This document shows positions 10,019 through 17,892 of a stretch of 64,000 nt of DNA, piece by piece. Under the pieces are notes generated by a model, which worked only from the letters and a program-made list of their open reading frames with translations, was not told the DNA's origin and made no database searches. How positions within the stretch are numbered: the first letter of the stretch is position 1; each line of letters starts with the position of its first letter. Both the position numbers and the translations under genes were made by a program. This DNA is from Candidatus Omnitrophota bacterium. GTDB taxonomy: Bacteria > Hinthialibacterota > Hinthialibacteria > Hinthialibacterales > Hinthialibacteraceae. The stretch lies in the NCBI GenBank assembly GCA_040755155.1, contig JBFMBP010000143.1, forward strand, positions 35,309 to 99,308, given 5' to 3'.

Positions 10019-11340
10019 TGACGCCATCTTCAGAGAGAAAGAGGCAATGGGTTCATATTTCGTGCGCGCTTTTCGCCCTGGCGCTGCGCTATCTTTCCCC
10101 TTCCTGGGCTTTTTTGTTCGCCTTCACCGCCTTCATTCACAATATCCTTTTGCTGCCCAAATATGCGCCGCAATTGTTTCGCGAACGGGAGCATCTTTTA
10201 CAGGGCGTCGCCGCTTATCCTCTCATGGTGGCGCTGCTGATCCTCTTTTTTCCCGAACGGTTGAACCTGGCAGGCGGCGCATGGGCGATTCTCGCTTTCG
10301 GCGATGGATTTTCCAATATCATTGGCCGGAAATGGCCTATCGCCAGCATTCCTTGGAATCCGAAGAAATCCTTTGGCGGTTCCGCCGCGTTCGTCGTCAT
10401 GGCGAGCCTGGGAGCTTACGCGGCGATGATATGGATTGGCCCCGTTCCTTCCTGCGCCCATATCTTGTTTGTCGCCGTATGCGCTTCGGCGGCGGCGGCC
10501 TTTTTCGAGACCTTGCCATTGGCATGGGATGACAATGTCGTCGTAACGTTGATTGCGGCGGCGATCTTGCCGCTTGCCTGGGAGGTCAACCTCTCCAATT
10601 CGCCTACATCGCTTACGGCGGGCTGGTGGGCGTTAGCGCTTCTAATTAACGTCGGCGTTGCTTCTTTTGCATGGTGGTTTGGCCTGGTATCCAGCACTGG
10701 CGCGCTGGGAGGCACGGTGATCGGCACGGCGATTCTGGCGATGGGCGGCGATCTCTATATTTTATTATTGATTTTCTTCTTCCTCGCCTCCCTGGCAACG
10801 CGAGTCGGCTATTACGAGAAAGAGGCGTTGGGCATCGCCCAGGAAGAAGGCGGAAGGAGAGGCGCCAAACACGCCATCGCTAATTGCGCTTTAGCCTTGA
10901 TAGCCGCCGTCCTCATCGGAGCTACCGACGGAGCGGACGCCATCCTGTATGTGTTTTATTGCGCGGCGCTAGCTACGGCTTTGGGGGATACCACTTCCAG
11001 CGAATTGGGACAGGTCTATGGCCGCAATCCTTTCCTACCCACGACGTTTCGCCGCGTTCAACCCGGTTTTTCCGGCGCTATCTCCATCGAAGGGACGCTG
11101 TGCGGGATGGGAGCGTGTTTTCTTTTCGCTTTGGTTTCGTTTGCTTTGTCCGTGATTTCCTTCCGTTGCATCCCCGCCGTGACCATCGGCGCGTGGCTGG
11201 GATTCTACGTCGAGTCGTATATCGCCGCCCTATGGTCGGAAGAGGGCGTGGAATTGGATAACGAATGGATGAATTTCCTAAATACCTTATTCGGCGGAGT
11301 CTTAGCGATAATCATTGCTGAGTTGACGATGGGATTATAA
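10015..11340 (+). CDS. Polytopic membrane protein: CdsA/dolichol-kinase-like N-terminal half fused to a DUF92 (TMEM19-like) C-terminal half
   Basis: FGDGFSNIIGRKWPIASIPWNPKKSFGGSAAF resembles the CTP-transferase/phytol-kinase motif. The later GIAQEEGGRRGAKHAIANC…TTSSELGQVYG resembles DUF92. The start overlaps the upstream stop. Confidence 0.55.
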   Translation: MMTPSSERKRQWVHISCALFALALRYLSPSWAFLFAFTAFIHNILLLPKYAPQLFREREHLLQGVAAYPLMVALLILFFPERLNLAGGAWAILAFGDGFSNIIGRKWPIASIPWNPKKSFGGSAAFVVMASLGAYAAMIWIGPVPSCAHILFVAVCASAAAAFFETLPLAWDDNVVVTLIAAAILPLAWEVNLSNSPTSLTAGWWALALLINVGVASFAWWFGLVSSTGALGGTVIGTAILAMGGDLYILLLIFFFLASLATRVGYYEKEALGIAQEEGGRRGAKHAIANCALALIAAVLIGATDGADAILYVFYCAALATALGDTTSSELGQVYGRNPFLPTTFRRVQPGFSGAISIEGTLCGMGACFLFALVSFALSVISFRCIPAVTIGAWLGFYVESYIAALWSEEGVELDNEWMNFLNTLFGGVLAIIIAELTMGL

Positions 11341-11440
11341 TTTCTGTAATGGACTTTATAGTTTTATTAAAGAGACTCTTGCAAAATTAATGACTCATGT
11401 TATGCGCGATGGGTTATTAAAGGAAACTCATACTTTCGTC

Positions 11441-11605
11441 GTTTGAATCACGAAAACGCGAAATGAAAAGAAAAACACGAAAAAAAAGGTTGGCGCAAGG
11501 AATCGCGCTGTGGGAAAGATTTTTCATTGAAATCCAAAAGAATCCGCGATATCCGTGATTCGAATATTTCGTGGAATTCGAATTATTTCGTGTTTTCGCG
11601 ATTCG
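11441..11605. repeat. MITE-like element, copy B, in inverted orientation relative to copy A; TIRs gaatcacgaaaacgcgaaat … atttcgtgttttcgcgattc
   Basis: About 95 bp of interior (11515–11610) matches the reverse complement of 1100–1195 at high identity. The terminal inverted repeats pair with each other. Confidence 0.5.
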
Positions 11606-11707
11606 AAAACGCAACAGAAATAAAGCCCATTCGCCGATCCTGGATGGTTCCTCCTACGTGCAGGCGGAATGCCAGCGACCATAGGCTGTATAACATGAGT
11701 TTTTAAA

Positions 11708-12451
11708 ATGAACGAAGAATCAAAACTATCCCAAGCCCAAACTGCCCTTGAAAACGCCCGCAGCGTTTTCGTCATTACGGGCGCGGGGATATCCGCCGAA
11801 AGCGGCGTTCCTACCTTTCGCGATGCGGGCGGATTGTGGAAAAAGATCGATCCCTATAAAGTCGCAACGCCCGAAGCCTTCGCCGCCGATCCTAAATTCG
11901 TCTGGCAATGGTACGATCAACGCCGGACCCAGCTGTTGACCTGCAATCCGAATCCTGCTCATGAAGCTTTAGCGTTACTGGAACGGCGCAAGGAGCGTTA
12001 TTTTCTACTCACGCAAAATGTGGACGATCTGCACGAACAAGCGGGATCGCAGCAGTTATCCCATGTACACGGAAGCATTTGGGAATTACGCTGTACGGAT
12101 GAAAATGTCGTCAGCGTCGATCGCCGGGCGCCGTTGCCGGAATTGCCGCCCCGTTGCCCGAAATGCGGCGGTTTATTGCGGCCCAATGTTGTATGGTTCG
12201 GCGAATCGATCGACGCCGCCGCCGTAGATGCGACGGAGCGCTTCTTGTCGCAAGGGGAGGCGGACGTTATCTTAGTCATTGGCACGGAAGCCAGTTTCGG
12301 CTATATCGCCCATTGGGCCATGCGCGCTCGCGGCGCCAAAGGGACGATCATCGAAATCAATCTGGGGGAGACGGGTTTTTCATCGTCGGCGGATTTGGAT
12401 TTGCGCGACCGCGCCGGCGAAATCCTGCCGCGCATCACGTCAACTCAATGA
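11708..12451 (+). CDS. cobB: NAD-dependent protein deacylase (Sir2 family, CobB-like)
   Basis: VITGAGISAESGVPTFRDAGGLW, QNVDDLHEQAG and a CPKCGG zinc ribbon. Confidence 0.85.
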   Translation: MNEESKLSQAQTALENARSVFVITGAGISAESGVPTFRDAGGLWKKIDPYKVATPEAFAADPKFVWQWYDQRRTQLLTCNPNPAHEALALLERRKERYFLLTQNVDDLHEQAGSQQLSHVHGSIWELRCTDENVVSVDRRAPLPELPPRCPKCGGLLRPNVVWFGESIDAAAVDATERFLSQGEADVILVIGTEASFGYIAHWAMRARGAKGTIIEINLGETGFSSSADLDLRDRAGEILPRITSTQ

Positions 12452-12460
12452 GAGGAATTC

Positions 12461-14875
12461 ATGGATAACATCACCGTTAAGTCTTCGTCGGAGATAAAGA
12501 CCAATCCCCGCCGAATCAGCCGCCGTTTATTTTTGTTACTATTAGTCGTAATTCTTGCCGGTTATCTCTTCTTTCACCGCAAGCCTTCCCGATTGGAGTC
12601 AAAGAAAAAATTCATTATCCTCGGCTTCGATGGCGCCGATCCCCGCTTAGTTGAGCAATGGTGGGATGAACTGCCCAATTTGAGAAAATTGTCGGAACAG
12701 GGAACTTATTCGCGTCTGCGCACCTGCACGCCGCCGGAATCGCCCGTCGCCTGGGCCTGCTTCGCCATCGGCGCCAATCCCGGCAAACACGGCGTCTACG
12801 ATTTTCTCCGGCGGCCGGTCGGTTCTTACATGCCTACGGAAGAATCGTTCGTTGGCCGCGAATTTCCCAAATTCGTTTTTCATAGCATTCCCGTAAAGAT
12901 GCCCAAAGCGGTTTCCCGGCGCGGAGGCGTCGCTTTTTGGGACGTACTCAGCGCCGCAGGAGCGCCAACCGCCATGCTGGAAGTTCCCACCACCTTCCCG
13001 CCGCCTAAGTTGAATTACGGCCATACGCTGTCTGGGCTGGGCGTACCCGATGCGCGGGGCGTACAGGCAACCTTTCACCGCTTTATTTATAATTCCAATG
13101 AACCGGAAAAACCTTTAGATACTACATTCGGCGGCAAGATAGAAATATTGAAAAAAGAAGGAGATGTGTTTAAGGGAAAAATTTGGGGACCCTATGATCC
13201 CATAACGGATCAAGACATTCGCGAAAAAGAAAAGAAACTGTTGGAATACGACTTGTCGTGGTGCGAATGGCAAGCCCATTTGCATACTCTTAAAGGTTTG
13301 AATCATGTCTCGGATCAGGAACGCTCTAAGCTGGCTTCCCGGTTGGGCAATTGGGTAATTCAAAGCCTGGCGCTGCATCCCTATTTGCATACCAACGGAA
13401 TTGGCGAACGCATCTCCATTCTCAAAAAATCGCTCGATAACAACGAACCTTATGTTAAAGAAAAAGGGGCGGAGGCGGATATCGCCCGCGAAAATCTAGC
13501 GGAAGCTTTTAAGAGCGCAGGGGATTTACGGAATCAAATCGGAAGCATGGCGCGCCCCATCTGGGCTAATCCCGCTTTTCGCATTATCGATGATAAAACC
13601 GTGGAAATCCGCATTCGCGATCAGGTGAAAACGGCGGAGATCAACAAATGGAGCGATTGGTTCAGGTTGGAATTTCCCGTTACCAAATTTATCGTCGTCC
13701 ATGCGATTTGCCGATTTTATCCGCAGCAACTTTCTCCTGATAACGTCAGCATATTTATGAGCTCGCCCGATATCGATCCTACAAATCCTGCTGTTCCTAT
13801 TTCCCATCCCAGCAAATTCTCCAACCAGTTAGTCGATTGGACCGGCGGACTCTATAAAACGCGAGGCTGGGCGGCGGAAACCCACGGTCTGAAAGACGGC
13901 CATCTTTCGGAAGAGGGTTTCATGGACGACTTGCTCGATATTATGAAGAAGCGCGAAGCGAAGACGTTTTCCACCTGGTCCAAAACCGATCCTAACGTTT
14001 TCGTCTCCGTCTTTTCGGAAACGGATCGCGTTAGCCACATGTTCATTCATCACATCGATGAAAAACATCCTATGTATAATCCCGCAGAAGCGGAAAAGTA
14101 CAAAAACGAAATCAAGCGCGTTTTCATCCGCATGGACGAGATCGCTGGGCGCATGATGAAAGAGATTGAAAACGATCCCGACGCCGTGCTCATGGTCATG
14201 TCCGACCACGGCTTCCAATCCTGGCGGCATCAGGTCAACATCAACAAATGGCTTGTCGATCACGGCTTTATGACCATCGTCGGCGGCCAATTGGAAAATA
14301 ACGAGATGAAACTAGAAGACCTGATGAAAAAGGACCAGGACAGTTACTTCCGTTATGTGGATTGGCCCAAGACCCAAGCGTACGCTTTGGGATTGGGACA
14401 AATTTACATCAACCTGAAAGGCCGCGAGCCGCTGGGCGCCGTCGTTCCTGCCGATTACGATAAGGTTTGCGATCGAATCAAAGAAGAATTAAGCCAGTTG
14501 AAAGACGATCGGCCGGGAATGGAAGGCGAAAGCGTCGTCTCCTTCGTCGCCAAGCGCGATGAAATATGGAAGGGGAAATACGCCAACGACGCCCACGACG
14601 CGCCGGATATTCAGGTTCTTTTCAACGAACACTACCGCGTATCCTGGCAAACCTGCCTCGGCGGCATCTCTCCCGTCGTACTGGAAAGCAATATGGAGAA
14701 ATGGTCTGGCTGCCATTGCAGTTTCGATCCCAAGCATGTCCCCGGCATTCTCTTCTGCAACCGCAAAATCAAGGCGAACGATCCATCCATCTTCGACTTC
14801 GCGCCGACGGTATTGCGATATTTCGATCTGAAAGTTCCTGAAGAAGTGGAAGGAAAGGATTTATTTTCAGCGTAA
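12461..14875 (+). CDS. Membrane-anchored alkaline-phosphatase-superfamily protein (type I phosphodiesterase / nucleotide pyrophosphatase-like)
   Basis: N-terminal TM segment, then ILGFDGADPRLVEQWW…TPPESPVAWACFAIGANPGKHGVYDF (metal-binding core) and later VMSDHGF. Confidence 0.65.
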   Translation: MDNITVKSSSEIKTNPRRISRRLFLLLLVVILAGYLFFHRKPSRLESKKKFIILGFDGADPRLVEQWWDELPNLRKLSEQGTYSRLRTCTPPESPVAWACFAIGANPGKHGVYDFLRRPVGSYMPTEESFVGREFPKFVFHSIPVKMPKAVSRRGGVAFWDVLSAAGAPTAMLEVPTTFPPPKLNYGHTLSGLGVPDARGVQATFHRFIYNSNEPEKPLDTTFGGKIEILKKEGDVFKGKIWGPYDPITDQDIREKEKKLLEYDLSWCEWQAHLHTLKGLNHVSDQERSKLASRLGNWVIQSLALHPYLHTNGIGERISILKKSLDNNEPYVKEKGAEADIARENLAEAFKSAGDLRNQIGSMARPIWANPAFRIIDDKTVEIRIRDQVKTAEINKWSDWFRLEFPVTKFIVVHAICRFYPQQLSPDNVSIFMSSPDIDPTNPAVPISHPSKFSNQLVDWTGGLYKTRGWAAETHGLKDGHLSEEGFMDDLLDIMKKREAKTFSTWSKTDPNVFVSVFSETDRVSHMFIHHIDEKHPMYNPAEAEKYKNEIKRVFIRMDEIAGRMMKEIENDPDAVLMVMSDHGFQSWRHQVNINKWLVDHGFMTIVGGQLENNEMKLEDLMKKDQDSYFRYVDWPKTQAYALGLGQIYINLKGREPLGAVVPADYDKVCDRIKEELSQLKDDRPGMEGESVVSFVAKRDEIWKGKYANDAHDAPDIQVLFNEHYRVSWQTCLGGISPVVLESNMEKWSGCHCSFDPKHVPGILFCNRKIKANDPSIFDFAPTVLRYFDLKVPEEVEGKDLFSA

Positions 14876-14987
14876 GTTTTTCCGATAGGTATTGATAATC
14901 TATTAACAATAGCGATAGCGGAAAAAAGAGAGATTTTATTGATAAAAAACTCAAAGATCGAGGCGGGATGAAATTAAAGGGAATGAC

Positions 14988-15392
14988 TCAAATTGAATAG
15001 GCTAATCCTTTTTTAACTGCCGCATCATACAGTTTGCCATCCAGCGTCGCCAAAGGCGCATTTCTGCGCTCAGCCAGTTCCAGGTAGGAGGCGTCATAGA
15101 AAGAAAGTCCATACGAAAATGCCATATTCATAATAACTTCCGGTAAACCGCTTTCAACGATATTGATGGGCGCCAGAGCAAAGATCTTTAAGTAATCGGG
15201 CGCTTGCGATTTTTTCATCCGGTTTCTGCGTACTGCCGTAATGAGACTGTTGTGAATCTCGTAAAAGAAAATACCGGGGGCTATGGCGTCCTGCTCACCG
15301 CGCTCGACAGCATTGAACACCTTCAAAATAAAGGGATTTTCTTCATCGCTGAAGACATTTGCCAGAAAAAATGAACAATCGATTACGATCAC
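14988..15392 (-). CDS. vapC: Type II toxin VapC (PIN domain ribonuclease)
   Basis: MIVIDCSFFLANVF…, 134 aa, with acidic PIN residues. Its start overlaps the stop of the upstream antitoxin gene by 4 nt. Confidence 0.8.
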   Translation of the reverse strand: MIVIDCSFFLANVFSDEENPFILKVFNAVERGEQDAIAPGIFFYEIHNSLITAVRRNRMKKSQAPDYLKIFALAPINIVESGLPEVIMNMAFSYGLSFYDASYLELAERRNAPLATLDGKLYDAAVKKGLAYSI

Positions 15393-15634
15393 GCTCTACC
15401 TTCTTCTATCCACTCTTTGATTTCCTCAGAGGTTACTTTAATGGGTGAGTGCGCTTTCAATTTTTTTAACAGGGTGAAAAACGTTTCTCTCTTATGCGCA
15501 TAATCCGTCCCAGGCGATGCAATATAGGCAACATCCCTTCCATAACGGGTCAGTATGATTTCTTCACCGGCTTCCACTCGCTTTATAATGCTTGTTAGAT
15601 TATGTCTTGCATTCTCGACGCCAATACGTTCCAT
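15389..15634 (-). CDS. vapB: Antitoxin (Phd/YefM-like) partnered with VapC
   Basis: The 81-aa MERIGVENARHNLTSIIKRVEAGEEIILTRYGRDVAYI has antitoxin-typical size and pattern, and it overlaps the toxin gene. Confidence 0.7.
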   Translation of the reverse strand: MERIGVENARHNLTSIIKRVEAGEEIILTRYGRDVAYIASPGTDYAHKRETFFTLLKKLKAHSPIKVTSEEIKEWIEEGRA

Positions 15635-15825
15635 TCTACTCGTACCTTTCTAAACTTATAGGAATCCCTTACAGGATAGCGTTAACGCGCATTTTTACAA
15701 GAGAAGTTTTCCGCCTATCCTCCGAAAAGGTTCGTTTCGGAAATGATTTTCCCCAATAAACGCCTATATTTGCGCGTTGAATATAATTTGAAATTAGGGG
15801 AAGATGAGAAAATGAAAATGGCAGG

Positions 15826-15858
15826 GTGGCAAGGGCAAGTTTGTTTCTGCCCTTGAGT
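15826..15858. repeat. Conserved hairpin element, copy 1: gggtggcaagggcaagtttgtttctgcccttga
   Basis: Stem caagggca / tgcccttg. A near-identical 33-mer (30/33) occurs at 57820–57852. Confidence 0.45.
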
Positions 15859-15912
15859 AACTTAGAAATCCTTTCATCCAGAATAGCTAGATTCAGAGAA
15901 CGGCGCCGCCTA

Positions 15913-15942
15913 AAAACGGCGTTAGCCGTTTTTTCTTTTCGA
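15913..15942. terminator. Bidirectional terminator-like hairpin (aaacggc-gtta-gccgttt) flanked by T/A runs
   Basis: Inverted repeat followed by ttttttctttt on the + strand and a T-run on the − strand as well. It sits in the 545-bp intergenic region upstream of vapB. Confidence 0.35.
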
Positions 15943-16179
15943 TCTCTCCTTCTTATCTGCGCAATCCTGAAGACGCTCTATTTTGAGTTTTAGACGAAAC
16001 AGGGGATATAAAAATTACGAATTCCCATTAATCGGTTCCGTAAAATATGTATAATAAATGTGATTTTATAGCCATCTTATTTTATATTTCGGAAAGGAGG
16101 CCGTATTTTCGCTAGGCGCATCTTATGTACGGACATTCTTATCGATTATTCAATTTAAAAAATAAGGAGACGATATATT

Positions 16180-17646
16180 ATGCAAAAACTTTCTTATTCA
16201 CTCATGTTCTTTATCGTAATGGGCGCGAGTATGGGTTATTCTCAAGACGTTCTACTCCCCGGTTTGCCGGAAGAAAACGGGCTTACTCCTCTATCCAAAA
16301 CCATCTACATTAATGTCGGCGGACCGGATGCGCTCAACAACGGCGGCACGGAAAGCCTGGGCGTCGCTATCGCCAACAATGGAAACGTCATTGTTGGCTG
16401 GGAAGACGACGGCGATGGGCCTTTGAAGGATTTGGAAGCCGTATGGACTATGTTCGATGGCGCCGGCCAATGGATTACGCCCGAAACCACCGTGAAAGGC
16501 GAGGATCAAACCGGCCCCAGTAAATTCCTGGCCTATTTCCGGTCCGACGGGTCCGCCGTATCCGGGTATACCGCTTGGGGACCCAAGATCAAAGCGAACC
16601 TGTTCGGCGATGGCGTAGGAATGGGCGCCACGGCGTTTTCGCTCGGATTGGAAATCCCCGAGCTGGCGGACATCAACATGGACGCTGGCGGCGGCGGCGA
16701 TTTTCCCGCCGTGCAGCTGTTGACCAATGACGGCAAGCCCATCTCCGTTCTCTCCGGCGTTTCCGACGAGGCGGCGGAAACCGAAGGCGACATCCGTATC
16801 GGCGATTGGGATTACCTCTCCAACGGCAATATCGTGATCGTCGGCGAAAGCCGCCAGAGTTTCGAACTCATCGACCTATATAACGGCGAAGCCGCCGGGA
16901 ATCACGCCATCTACCGCATTGTCGATCCTACTGGCAAGGAGATTCGTCCCGTCGGTTTGGTGAGCGAGGTTCCTAATGCGAACGAAATCTGGCATGGCGT
17001 GGGCGTAACCAAAAACGGATTCGCCGTCCGATTCTCGTTAGGCGGCCGGGCAATAGTTCGTCTATTCGACAACGCAGGCGAACCCGTCACAGGTAATATC
17101 GACATCGGCGAATTGACGGGTGAAGAAATAACGGCTGGTGGAGGCCGCGGCGATGGAACGGGATTCCATGGCAATGGCGTGGACGCCTACGCCGTCGTCA
17201 ATTCCGGCGACGGCGACGGCAATGGCGCTAAGGAAGTCCATTTAACCGTTATCAATGCAGACGGCTCTTTGCGTTATCACCGCGTAGCGACCAACGATTT
17301 CGAATTTTCCAATTCGGATCGGGTCGATTGCGCTATCGATCCCGCCGGGCGCGTAATCGTAGTGTTTTCGGACAATGACGTAACCGGATTGGGTTTCAGT
17401 CTGGCGCAAGCCCGGCTGTTCGACGCCGCCGGGGAACCGCTTAGCGGAACCTTCTTCGTGAGTGAAAACGAGACTCTCGATTTGGCTCTCGATGAAGCGC
17501 GGCGTCCCCGCGTCGCCTTACGAAACAATATGATCGCCATCGTTTGGGAAAGTAAAAGCAGCGGAGAAACGACGAATCGCGTCGTCGCCCTTCGCCTCTT
17601 CAAGATCGAAGGCGGGACCGCTATCGGCGATTATGAACTCTATTGA
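16180..17646 (+). CDS. Secreted Gly/Asp-rich protein (signal peptide; β-rich repeats, possibly a β-propeller)
   Basis: AAGGAG RBS 9 nt upstream. The N-terminal MQKLSYSLMFFIVMGASMGYSQ is a signal peptide. There are repetitive G-D/G-N motifs. I could not assign a family. Confidence 0.6.
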   Translation: MQKLSYSLMFFIVMGASMGYSQDVLLPGLPEENGLTPLSKTIYINVGGPDALNNGGTESLGVAIANNGNVIVGWEDDGDGPLKDLEAVWTMFDGAGQWITPETTVKGEDQTGPSKFLAYFRSDGSAVSGYTAWGPKIKANLFGDGVGMGATAFSLGLEIPELADINMDAGGGGDFPAVQLLTNDGKPISVLSGVSDEAAETEGDIRIGDWDYLSNGNIVIVGESRQSFELIDLYNGEAAGNHAIYRIVDPTGKEIRPVGLVSEVPNANEIWHGVGVTKNGFAVRFSLGGRAIVRLFDNAGEPVTGNIDIGELTGEEITAGGGRGDGTGFHGNGVDAYAVVNSGDGDGNGAKEVHLTVINADGSLRYHRVATNDFEFSNSDRVDCAIDPAGRVIVVFSDNDVTGLGFSLAQARLFDAAGEPLSGTFFVSENETLDLALDEARRPRVALRNNMIAIVWESKSSGETTNRVVALRLFKIEGGTAIGDYELY

Positions 17647-17679
17647 AAATCTCCGCAGACGAATTAATAGTTTGTACGA

Positions 17680-17712
17680 AAGGGCGCTCCATCGCGAGCG
17701 CCCTTTTTTTGT
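17680..17712 (+). terminator. Rho-independent terminator
   Basis: aagggcgctc-catcgc-gagcgccctt followed by ttttttt. Confidence 0.65.
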
Positions 17713-17892
17713 CATCGCAATCCGCATCTTCTCCCTATGTCAATAATATTTTGTGAAAAATATCGTTTGGAATCTGGACAAAGCAGGGAAATTGAAAATA
17801 ATTATCCCCAATTGGCCTATGATTTAATACATTGTATCATTATGTGTAAAATTATATAACATTCACGGGTTGGCAACCAAAGGAGTATCTCC

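Noticed and set aside
11708-12451. Sir2 protein as a candidate NAD-depleting defence effector
   Set aside because: It has the full canonical CobB-type deacylase motif set, a zinc ribbon and a compact size of 247 aa. It has no fused or adjacent sensor domain such as those of Thoeris, DSR or pAgo-Sir2. Housekeeping deacylase is the simpler reading.
16125-16313. 62-aa ORF upstream of and overlapping the 16180 start
   Set aside because: It overlaps the well-supported start of the secreted protein, which has an AAGGAG RBS, and has no signal or motif. It is likely spurious, though a leader peptide cannot be excluded.
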